A stretch of 20,000 nt of DNA from Chiloscyllium plagiosum (Eukaryota), in contig NC_057718.1 of the NCBI RefSeq assembly GCF_004010195.1, positions 65,533,427-65,553,426 of the forward strand, given 5' to 3'. A model generated the notes under the pieces. It was not told the DNA's origin, searched no databases, and saw only the letters and a list, made by a program, of their open reading frames with translations. The number at the start of each line of letters is the position of its first letter. Positions within the stretch are counted from its first letter, which is position 1. A program made the position numbers and the translations under genes. Positions 9,926 through 20,000 of the stretch are shown here, in pieces.

Positions 9926-10422
9926 ATCATGAATGTCGATGAATTGTTTTCTTTCAACTTTTTTTTATTATTTTGAGGACATGAAGGTTTGGGTACATCA
10001 GTTCTCTTGTTGACTTGCTCTTTTTAGTGTCACAGGGTCATTTCCACTTTCCTTTCAGTAAGGGAGAGCAGTTTACGAAGGAAGGCTGAATCAGAACTCT
10101 TACCGGGAGATTTTCTTTTTGTTACTTCACCATACAGGAGGGATGTAGAAATTTAAGGATTTTTAAACTCGTTTGCAGACTGATGTTTCTTAATTTGCTA
10201 CATAAACAGTTCAGCCATTTTGTCTACCGTGCCGCCCCCACTGCTTGAATAAGACAACATTGTGGATGCAATTCACAATGAGTCATCCACAGCTCTTGGT
10301 TGAAAGCTGTGTCTTTTCCTAAGTGGTCTTTTATTTGAATGAAGGCTTAGGATTGAGTTTGGCATTCTCGTGCCTCCTCTCTGCTGCATACCCCGTTCGC
10401 CTGGCTCAGTTTCATCCTGGTA

Positions 10423-11535
10423 AATAGAATAGATAATAGACAATAGGTGCAGGAGTAGGTCATTCAGCCCTTCAAGCCTGCACCACCATTCAATATGATC
10501 ATGGCTGATCATCCTTAATCAGTATCCTGTTCCTGCCTTATCTCCATAACCCTTGATTCCACTATCCTTGAGAGCTCTATCCAACTCTTAAATGAACCCA
10601 AAGGGCAGAGCATTCCACACAGCCACCCCTCTCTGGCTGAAGAAGTTTCTCCTCATCTCTGTCCTAAATGATCTACCCTGTATTTTTAAGCTGTGTCCCC
10701 TGGTTCGGCACTGACCCATCAGCAGAAACATGTTTCCTGCCTCCAGAGTGTCCAATCCTTGAGACATAAGATTATTAAATCAGATCCCCTCTCAGTCTTC
10801 TAAACTCAAGGGTATACAAGCCCAGTCGCTCCAGTCTTTCAGCGTAAGGTAGTCCCACCATTCCAGGAATTGACCTCGTGAACCTACACTGCACTCCCTC
10901 AATAGCCAGAATGTCTTTCCTCAAATTTGGAGACCAGAACTGCACACCGTATTCCAGGTGTGGTCTCGCCAGGGCCCTGTACAGTTGCAGAAGAACCTCT
11001 TTGCTTCTATACTCAATCCCTCTTGTTGTGAAGGCCAGCATGCTATTAGCCGCCTTCACTACCTGCTGTACCTGCATGCTTACCTTCATTGACTGGTGTA
11101 CAAGAACACCCAGAACTCTCTGTACTGCCCCTTTACCTAAATTGATTCCACTTAGGTGGTAATCTGCCTTCCTGTCCTTGCCACCAAAGTGGATAAGGAT
11201 CCATTTATCCACGTGAAAGTGCATCTGCCATGCATCTGAGCACTCACCTAACTTGTCCAGGTCACCCTGTAATCTCCTAACATCCTCCTCACGTTTCACC
11301 CTGCCACCCAGCTTAGTAAAATCAGCAAATTTGCTAATGTTATTACTAATACCATCTTCTATATCATTAACATATATTATAAAAAGCTGTGGTCCCAGCA
11401 CTGATCCCTGCGGTACCCCACTGGTCAGTGCCTGCCATTCGAAATGGAGCCGTTTATCACTACTCTTTGTTTCCTATCAGCCAACCAACTTTCAATCCAA
11501 GTTAGTACCTTGCCCCCAACACCATGCGCCCTAAT
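10423..11535 (-). mobile_element. CR1-clade LINE (second subfamily), 5'-truncated RT fragment
   Basis: Minus ORF 10775-11401 reads LGPQLFIIYVNDIEDGISNNISKFADFTKLGG...ERLGLYTLEFRRLRGDLI, with upstream WIESWLADRKQRVVING. Short-repeat tail (ctatt) at 10423-10446. Confidence 0.95.
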
Positions 11536-11539
11536 CGGC

Positions 11540-11980
11540 TTTGAGAACAGCTCGTAACTACGATTGGTTCCTGGGTGAATGTGATAAGGAGGTCCATTTG
11601 AGGTGTGGTAGTTATACGAGCATCTTGGCGGAAAGCTTGTAAGTATTGCTGCCACGCACTTCAGGTGAAACTTGGCTGGGTGAGTCTGTTATTTACTTCT
11701 CTGGCAGTTAAATCTCTATGCTCCCATGACACATCAAGTTTCTCTTTGGCGGTTGTAAGATGCTCTCCATCTCTCTCGCAACAGCTTCAGTCCCCTCTTC
11801 AGTGCCTTGTGCTGGGCACAGCAGGATATGACAATTTTCGAACCTCTTCCAAAGTCGTATTGATGAACATCTCTGAATCTATCTAGACAGCGGGGCCTCA
11901 GCTTAATCAGTGCATTGGTTTGCTCCATTGATGATGCTGTAGTGATTTGGTTCCTGTTGTATCTCTATATACTTTTGAGT
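11540..11980 (-). mobile_element. Possible decayed RTE-clade LINE C-terminal fragment
   Basis: Minus frames give KALKRGLKLLRERWRASYNRQRE and PSFT*SAWQQ, loosely similar to the RTE C-terminal helix and zinc knuckle. Weak. Confidence 0.3.
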
Positions 11981-12259
11981 TCCTCACTGCGTCAGCAGTC
12001 ATTGGCCATCCTCTGCTTTCTAGGGTCCTGCCATTGAGGCTACTTGATAGAGAGAACATCTATAGATTCTAATGTTGGATAAAACAATCATGGTAGCACC
12101 CTTGATATCTGATGCAGACCTATGTATGATGCTCTTGTGGTGGCCACAGACCATCTGCACATAAACACGTTTGAAGCCTTTTCAGTTAACAAAGACAAAT
12201 GACTCATCAGATAGTGATTGCTTAAAATCAAGGCACCCTTGGACTAATGGAAATTAAGT

Positions 12260-12376
12260 GAGACCCTCTTGTGGAGCAGCAGTAGTGTCCCTACACCTGA
12301 ACTTGTGGAGGCCTGAGTTGAAGAAATTTGCTCAGAAATGTGTAATAATATCTCTGTTTAGATTTATTAGAAAAAA
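12260..12376 (+). mobile_element. Old short tRNA-derived SINE remnant
   Basis: tgtggagcagcagtagtgtccctac (A-box-like), cctgagttgaag (decayed B box), and an A-rich end. Confidence 0.5.
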
Positions 12377-12620
12377 TAGGTTAAATTTTTTTAAAAAGGG
12401 AAATTTATGTGAAGTTACCAGCTTTCTGGGTCCAACTGCCCTCATTCATGTCAAAGCCAATATCACTGGAAACCTTAAAGCATAAGATACTGGTGTTTTG
12501 AGTCACTTATTGTACATGACGCATGTGGGCTACAACTCCCTTGTTCCACTGCTGGATCTGACACCTCCCTATACCATCAAAGTGTCTGCCGCTGATGCCT
12601 GGAACTTTACTTTCAGAATA

Positions 12621-13201
12621 CAGGGGAACCTCTATTTATCCGAACTTGATGGGCGGGCACTCTTTCGTTCGGTTAACCGATTAAATGCATTCCTCTGGGG
12701 CTTGGAGCTTTTAAAGTCTGCTCCTTGTTCAGGAGACTGCAGCGGCCCAGCCCCCAACCCTGTGCAATACCTCCCCCTGCCCGCAACATCTACCCCCACC
12801 CCCTCTCCGGGGCAGCTGGACTGGACACCAACAACAAGTCTGCTGCAGTTGCCTTTGTGGAGAAAGTCTCCATATAGTGCGTGTGCACACAGCCACACAA
12901 CTTTTTTACTGCAACTTTTTGACAGGTTCCACCTTTGCCCTGTACAGGACAACGTTGGAGAGATTATCTGGGGAAGGAGGCTTTAGGGTACACCCCTTTG
13001 TAGAACTCCAGGGAAAGTGTGAGGAGAGAGAGAGGGCAGGCAGGCTGTCATTTGGAGACGGTGCCTGTTTAATCACTGTAAACAAAAGATGTGATCACTG
13101 TTGGAAACCATGTCTTTGTAATGTTTCCATCGGAACTCGAGATCTCCTTCGTGTAATCCAATTTTCGGATAATTGGTATTCGGATAATCGAGGTTCCTCT
13201 G
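12621..13201. mobile_element. Non-autonomous Tc1/mariner-superfamily (Tigger/pogo-like) DNA transposon, MITE
   Basis: TA at 12619-12620 and 13202-13203. TIRs caggggaacctctatttatccgaa and ttcggataatcgaggttcctctg; subterminal repeat ttcggataat at 13164-13173. No transposase. Confidence 0.85.
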
Positions 13202-15369
13202 TACAGCAGCAGACTACTATGGAAAATAAATGATTTGCTTTCTCATGGCTTTTCTATTCTACAAGGGATCTATCACAATGTTGTTTGGCTCTGCATTTAT
13301 GAAGGAGCCCTGATTGGAGTCTCCTGTTAGAAATGCGGAGCTCCGTATGTCTTTATTTAAAAAATGTGAGTCGGCATGACATTATCCTCTTCAGAAATCC
13401 CATTCCTTTGCCTTCATTTGAATTGCAACTCTGTGTACGGCTGCATGCAACTATTATAAAGTCCAATGCTGTTAAAGTTGCTGTTCCTGTTACTGTGGCT
13501 ACTGGATTGCAGCAAACTGCATTTCCTTCTTAGTGTGTTCAAACGATAGTGAAATAAGTAGTTCCCATTTTGATCACAAATACTTGTAGACAAGATGTTG
13601 AAGTGGAGCACAGAGAACTTGGGCACTTGGTATTTGTGAACAAAGTTGCTGTTCTTAGAAAATCATGCGTTCACGCAAATGTAATAAATCCAGAAAATAC
13701 TAGCGTTTCATTGTGGCTTTCCACAAGCTTACTAATTTCAGCCTTCATACTGTTGCTAGCAGGTCAGTTCTCATTGATCAATAACTTCCCGCTGTGCACT
13801 TGTCTCCTTCACCCTGACAAGATTTTAAAAATATCTTGGAACTATGCATTGCTTGCAAAGTCAAAATGCAGAGTTAAATAAACTTCTTAATTGTCTTAAT
13901 TGCTTTCCCATCAGAATGAAGTGAGTCTAATGATGAACTGTGAATCAAGCCCAGCATTGTCTTTCAGGAATTGACTCCTTGTATGCAAACATGCCCATGT
14001 TTGGCAGGGAAAGTTCAACCCCAGTGTATGTGGGGATAAAAGGAGATTTGCATTTCTTTCTATTTTACAGGTCCATTGAACGTTGTCCATTTTATTATGC
14101 ATGTGGCAGCTCATTGCTAAGATTGTCCCAGAGTAATGCTACAACCTCCTGGGCTCTCCTGAAACCTGTCTTCCTTTATTTATCCAGTTTTTGCTTTTAA
14201 AAGATGCAGTAATCTTTGCCTCAAGAGTTCTTTGTGACACCATGTACCATTTTCCAGTAATTGTTTATTTAAAATAAAAATGTTCTTAGTATCTCCTACT
14301 TTTAATGAAAACAATAAATTGTTAATTCAATCCTCACTGAATCTCCAAAGGACATAATCTTCTATGCATATTCACAACATTTTAAGACACCTTTTTTTAA
14401 AAAAGGTTAATTTACTTCAGTTAAGGAACAGGGTCTACTTCACTGAAACTTTAGTTACCTCCCCTTGGCAACATTCTGATGAATTGTTATACTTTAACAT
14501 TAAATTTCTTCAGATATTAGCATAAGTGTACATTTTGTTCAAATTTGCCATTGGTACTTGGATCTTGTACTCTGTGCCCATATATATCTCTTCAATGATG
14601 CAGTCCTCTTTTCCATGAATACGTTTAACTTGCATGGTATTCATTTTTCATTAAGAATATCTAACTTGTAATGTATTTATACCCAACTGATTTTCCTTGA
14701 TGAAAAATGAGCTCTAATTTTACAAAATAAAAATGTTCTAGGAATGCTGTTATAGTAGGTCCTAGTTATTAATGGCTTTGAGTTCTATGGTCAAGTCAGT
14801 AACTTTGGAGGGTTGTACAAAGTTATGTTCTTGGCATAAGTTCTGACATAATGTTTGAGAGATTCATAGGACTTATTGACGTATTCAATCTCTTTTTTTT
14901 GCTTAAGGATTAGTGAAGAGTTTGAGACTGTAGCTAATTTTATTCAAGAACTAGGACATCTACAGCTACTGGAGTTGGTTAGTTTAGACATTCCTTGTCT
15001 TTTGGCAGCCATCTCCTGAAGTTCCTATAACTTGATTGCCTTACTGAGGGAAGGCTGTTACATTCTCCATCTGTTTTGACTTTTATGTATGAATCATACA
15101 TTTTAGGGTTGGTGAAACGCTATTATGGGTTCTTCATTCGAAGATAAGGCTAACTATTGCACACCTAATTTGTCCCTTGCTGCTTTCAGATGGACTATTC
15201 TCTATTCTGTTGAGGTGTGTAATGATTATCGTTAGTTTAAGTTGTGGTATCACAAAAATACATATATTTTTGGAGTTACTGATTTAAATAAGTCATTAAA
15301 CTAAGGTCCTAACTGCTTGATGACTGTTTGTTTCAATGTCAAATAGAACTGTTCAAGAATGATAGCAGC

Positions 15370-15451
15370 AAGGTCAGGATATCTGGTTGGCATGGATGAA
15401 TTGGATCAAAGGGTCTGTTTCAGTGCTGTACGCTTGTATGACTCTATAACT
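15370..15451 (+). mobile_element. CR1-clade 3' tail only
   Basis: ggatatctggttggcatggatgaattggatcaaagggtctgtttcagtgctgtac...tatgactctataact matches the tail at 6000-6070. Confidence 0.85.
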
Positions 15452-15509
15452 TCAATTTATAAAACATATTAAACATGTTAAAATATCCCAAAACACTTCA
15501 CAGAAGCAG

Positions 15510-15748
15510 TTAAGAGTATAAGGACAGCAAATGCTTGAGAACACGACAACTGCAAGTAACTCTCCTCCAATTGTCTCACTGTCCTATTTTGGAATTAGAT
15601 TCCTGTTCAGTCACTATCACTAGGTCAAGACCCTAGAATTATCTTCATAACAGCACATTGAGAGTACCTAAAAACCTAAGGAAGGTAGGTCACCACTGTT
15701 ACTTCATTTAATGTTGGTCTAGCTTGCAATGCCCGCATCCCATGAATG
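15510..15748 (+). mobile_element. Decayed LINE 3' end, same family as 8079-8221
   Basis: aaggacagcaaatgcttgagaacacgacaactgcaag...aacagcacattgagagtaccta...gaaggtaggtcaccact...gcccgcatcccatgaatg. Confidence 0.55.
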
Positions 15749-15825
15749 GGTAGGAGAAAAAGTGGTGGCGAGGTACAGATACAGGGAGAAAGTCCAGATT
15801 TTCCGATAGATGGGAAAGGATTTTT

Positions 15826-16126
15826 TTAGACTAGATTCCCTACATTGCGGAAACAGGCCCTTTGGCCCTCCAAGTCCACACCGACCCTCCAAAGAGTAAC
15901 CCACCCAGACCCATTCCTGTACTCCCTACTAATGCACCTATCACTGTGGGCAATTTAGCATGGCCAGTTCACCTGACCTGCACATCTTTGGACTGTGGGA
16001 GGAAACCCACGCAGACACTGGGAGAATGTGCAAACTCCATGCAGACAGTTGCCCAAGGCTGGAATCGAACCCGGATCCCTGGTGTTGTGAGGCAGCAGTG
16101 CTAACCACTGAGCCACTGTGCTGCCC
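15826..16126 (-). mobile_element. HE1-like tRNA-derived SINE
   Basis: Minus strand begins gggcagcacagTGGCTCAGTGGttagc (A box) and has GGTTCGATTCC (B box). Homologous to 426-725. Confidence 0.9.
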
Positions 16127-16362
16127 TGGTGATGGACAGGTCAAGAGGGCAGTGCCAAGTTGGAGGCTCTGGACTGGGATAAGGTGGGGGGAGTTGTGGA
16201 AACTGGTGAAATCCACATTAATCCCATGTGGTTGCAGGGTCCCAAGGCAGAAGCTGAGGCATTCTTCCTCCAGGCGTCGAGTGGTTAGGATTTGACAATG
16301 GAGGAGGCACAGGACCTACGTGTCCTTGGTGGAGTGGGAGGGCGAGTGAAATGTTCAGCCAC
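16127..16362 (-). mobile_element. Penelope-like element GIY-YIG C-terminal fragment
   Basis: Minus strand with one frameshift reads VAEHF..PSHSTKDT*VLCLLHCQILTTRRLEEECLSFCLGTLQPHGINVDFTSF, a typical PLE VA.HF...HS...LGTL.P.G.N end. Confidence 0.8.
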
Positions 16363-17296
16363 CTTAGCACCTTAGGCCTGACAAGAACTATGCAAAGTTA
16401 ACTTGAGATCCAAACCCTGTGGTAGACTGATACTCTGCAAGAAACATTTTGCCTATAATGTTGGAATATACATTGCAAGGCCATGTGCTTCTCAAAACCG
16501 TGCCTGTTTTCTCCTAATTTCTTCAGTTGGGTTTCCTCACTGCAGCTTTAAAATGTCCTTATCAAAGTCACATCACAGCATTTCTGTGCCTCCTGTTCAC
16601 AGTCAATCATTGCTTTTTGTTTCTGTATCTGTCTGAAGTCTTTGTAATAGATATGGGCCTCAGAAACACTTCTGTCAAAGCCTATTTTTATGATCAAATG
16701 GATTGCAAAAATCAAATGAGCCTCACGTCTGGATGGAAATACTGATTTGGCTTTTCTTGAGAGCTCCAACCTTTTTTCAATCTGAAAATGTTTAGTTTAA
16801 AGCACAGCTATCTGCAGCCTGTCTGTCACAAACTTTGGAAGCCCATAGTCTATCCACTGTGAGACTTAGACATCGATTGCTGCCAATGTCTGAGTATAAC
16901 CACCCGAGCATTGAAAATGTCTGTGGCCCCTTTCTGATGTCTAACAATCAAACCACTCACACTTTCTGTCAAGCAGATTTCAAACTTCCTTTTTCCTCCC
17001 CCTAACCTCTTCATCTCACATTAATTAAAGACAACCTGTGAAAGCTCACCACTGTAATAATTACTATTTATTCAGTCATAGATACTGTGTCTTACTCTGG
17101 TTTGTCTTCCTTAGTTTGATCATTTCACCTGAGAGTCCCTGTGTGATCTATCCTTAGCCACTTCTGATTCATGTCTTCAGACTGCCTATAAGATCAATAT
17201 CTGAAAATATTGGATTCCAATTGTGTAAAGATGATATCCACCTTTTTTGATATTTTCCTCTCCTATCACCTTTGTTGCTACAATTGGTTTGTCATT

Positions 17297-17364
17297 AACG
17301 TCGATTCTCCTGTTCCCTGGATGCTGCCTGACCTGCTGCGCTTTTCCAGCAACACATTTTCAGC
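17297..17364 (+). mobile_element. Fragment of the hammerhead-bearing PLE/retrozyme-like family
   Basis: 17305-17351 is the reverse complement of 3697-3743 (45/47 identical). It starts at aacgtcgatt, the 3' end of the hammerhead core. Confidence 0.8.
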
Positions 17365-17447
17365 ATTTTACTTGTTGGGCACGTGGTGGATTCACAGAAA
17401 TGACTTCTTCAAATAAACTATCACACACCCTGTTTTGCTTGAAGAAT

Positions 17448-17750
17448 AATCATAATCATAGAACCCCTACATTGTGAAAGCAGGCCATTCAGTCCATTGA
17501 GTCTACACCAACCCTCCAAAGAGCATCCTACCTAGCCCCAACTCCCTAATCTATCCCTGTAACCCTGCATTTCTCATGGCTAATCCACCTCATCGGCACG
17601 TCTTTGGACTGAGGGAGGAAACTGAAGCATACCCACATGGACACTGGGAGAATATGCAAACTCCATGCAGATAATCATCCAAAGCTGGAATGAAACCAGG
17701 TTCTGTGGCGCTGTGAGGCAGCAGTGCTAGCCACTGAGCCACTGGGCTGC
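17448..17750 (-). mobile_element. HE1-like tRNA-derived SINE (older or different tail variant)
   Basis: A box TGGCTCAGTGG and B box GGTTTCATTCC on the minus strand. Body is homologous to the other two copies; (aatcat)2 tail. Confidence 0.85.
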
Positions 17751-19280
17751 TCTAAATGGTGACTCTAAGAATGTAAGGAGTAAATTGAGCAGTAGCATTT
17801 ACACCTTAAAAAAAAAACAGAAGTTGCTACTGGGTATACCCTTGGCCGCCTCAGACCTTTGCTGATAGATTTCTTTGCAAAGTCTGGGTAATTGCATTAA
17901 ACACACCAGAGGTATGTGGGACTGCTGTATTCAGGAATAAGTTACTTGTTAAACATTGTTAATTTTACAATTGTGAAGTATCATTCTGTCACACTTTAAT
18001 TTGTTGGAGATAAAAGATTACCAGGAAGTGTAGAAATCTCATTTTGATCCCATCTTTATTTTGCTTTCTGTACATGATTTTATACTCTGATTTAGATCTA
18101 TCTTTAAGAGTTCCTTTGTCCGATTTTTGAGAAATCTTGAAATTTTGTTTCCAATTGACAGTTTAGATCCACTGGAGAGGATGCCATGCTGAAAATAATC
18201 TATCAGTCGTACTAGCCATCATTCAGAAAATTTGCCGGATGTTTTGTAGAAGCTTTTACTGTGCTTTTGATGTTGGCTGCAAAATTTATCCTGTTGTCTT
18301 GTATCCTTGCACAAACCATTTTTTTTTTCAGCTATTGATCCTGTCCCATTTGCTTTTGGCTATTGTTTGAGGTAAAACCAGTATTCACAATTTCAGAATC
18401 CTATTCACAACTAAGCTGAGCTGGGAGCCATATCTTCTCTGCCACCAAGATCCTCCATACTGTCTATCATTGACTGCTGGAATTCTTATCCATCTATTTG
18501 TTATTGCTACCGCAAATGAAGAGTACAGAAGGAATATTGCAGTGAGGCCACAATAATTAAAAGTCAGGAGTTTTAACTTGGACTTTTGTCCTCCTCTCAG
18601 GAGCCATATGTCATTGAGCACAGGTGTAATGTGTGATGGAATTTTGAGAAAATTAAGACATGACCAACATGGTTTTGGATGAATTAAAGTTTGTGGAAAC
18701 ATTGGAATATAAGTCTACCACATCTCTGCACTCTTCGAAATTTGGCCTCTTATTCCTAATTTACCCCACCCAATCATTCAGCTGTTTTAAATTTCTCCCT
18801 TAATCTCAGGCTCAAATCGCTTATATCGCTTATAAAATACTGATCAATAAACTAGGTTTTTAAAAAAAGCTTGCATCCTAGTATTGCCTTCTGTTGTCTG
18901 CCAAACATAGTTAGTTCTGTGAGGCATTGTGGAGATTAATGCCACATTACAAATACGAATAGTTGTATGGAAATGGTTAACTTTCTACTCGTGCCATATA
19001 GCTGGTTGTAATTGACTTCCTAATACTCTTACAAGCAATTGAATGCACTTCCCAATACATAACTGGCAAAACGCAATCATTGTACATGAATAGGTTTCTT
19101 TCGCACATTTTCCAAACTTCAAATCCTATCCCACAAATACACAATAATCTTTAGTGGACTGGTATACCTATTATAATATCACTAGATACAATGCAGTGCT
19201 TTATGTAATAATTGGGCTGAAATTCACTGACATTTTAGTAATGCAAACCAGCAAACCAGTAATGGTAAAACAGCTAACAT

Positions 19281-20000
19281 CCTCATGGGAGACTCGTTAG
19301 CAAGGTTAGATCTCATGGAATCCAGGGAGATCTAGCCATTTGGATACAGAACTGACTTGAAGGTTGTATAAATGATTTGAATGTGAACGTAGGTATAGTT
19401 GGTAAGTTTGCAGATGACATCAAAATTGGAGGTGTAGAGAACCATGAAGTTTACCTCTGAGTACAACAGGATCTTGATCAGATGGGCCAATGGGCTGAGG
19501 AGTGGTAGATGGAGTTCAATTTAGATAAATGCGAGGTGCTGCATTGTGGAAAGGCAACTCAGAGCAGGACTTAATGATAAGGTCCTGGGGAATGTTGCTG
19601 AACAAAGAGACCTTGGAGTGCAAGTTTATAGTTCCTTGAAAGTAGAGTTGCAGGTAGATAGGATAGTGAAGAAGGCGTTTGGTATGCTTTCCTTTATTGG
19701 TCAGTGCATTGAGTATAGGAGTTGGGAGGTCATGTTGTGGCTGTACAGGATATTGGTTAGGCCACTTTTGGAATATTGCGTGCAGTTCTGGTTTCCTTTC
19801 TATCGGATGGATGGTGTGAAGCTTGGAAGGGTTCAGAAAAGCTTTACAAGGATGTTGGCAGGATTGGAGGATTTGAGCTACAGGGAGAGATTGAATTGTC
19901 TGGGACTGTTTTCCCTGGAATGTCAGACTGAGGGGTGACCTTATAGAGGTTTATAAAATCATGAGGGACATGGATAGGATAAATAGACAAGGTCTTTTCC
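19281..20000 (+). mobile_element. CR1-clade LINE RT fragment with internal deletion, running off the window end
   Basis: [24 protein letters not shown], then directly YINDL-type sequence and KFADDIK. ORF 19546-19938 has EQRDLGVQVYSSLK...RPLLEYCVQFW. Confidence 0.95.

Noticed and set aside
10775..11401. 208-aa ORF as a functional reverse transcriptase gene
   Set aside because: It is a fragment of a 5'-truncated CR1 ORF2 with FADD mutated to FADF.
12498..13233. Three overlapping ORFs of 106-162 aa
   Set aside because: They lie over a GC-rich MITE and show no recognisable domain or transposase motif.
16050..16126. tRNA gene
   Set aside because: The A and B boxes belong to a SINE head; the same applies at ~665-725 and ~17680-17750.
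16649..16745. Possible next CNKSR3 exon (ag|atatgggcctcagaaac resembles NYGLET codons)
   Set aside because: No frame gives NYGLET...LRAS-like CRIC-domain sequence. The next exon is probably beyond the window.
18816..18833. atcgcttat tandem duplication
   Set aside because: An ordinary short slippage duplication with no further structure.

Overview
This is vertebrate genomic DNA, and its repeat content (HE1-type tRNA-derived SINEs, CR1/HER1-type LINEs) points to a shark or ray. The only host coding feature I can support is one 164-nt exon (9191-9354, +) encoding most of the SAM domain of a CNKSR3/CNK3-like scaffold protein; the rest is its flanking introns. These introns hold nested, decayed CR1-clade LINEs, three HE1-like SINEs, a TA-flanked Tigger/pogo-like MITE and several Penelope-like element (PLE) remnants. 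The most notable pattern is a set of degenerate minimal type I hammerhead-ribozyme motifs (CTGAnGA-stem II-GAAA-cgtH) at about 210, 2717, 3764, 7686 (-) and 7907, plus a copy at 17297 truncated near the cleavage site. Two of these belong to short inverted-repeat modules that inserted into CR1 LINEs with target-site duplications. Almost all listed ORFs are repeat-derived or spurious. Family assignments come from my recall of motifs, not from database searches.
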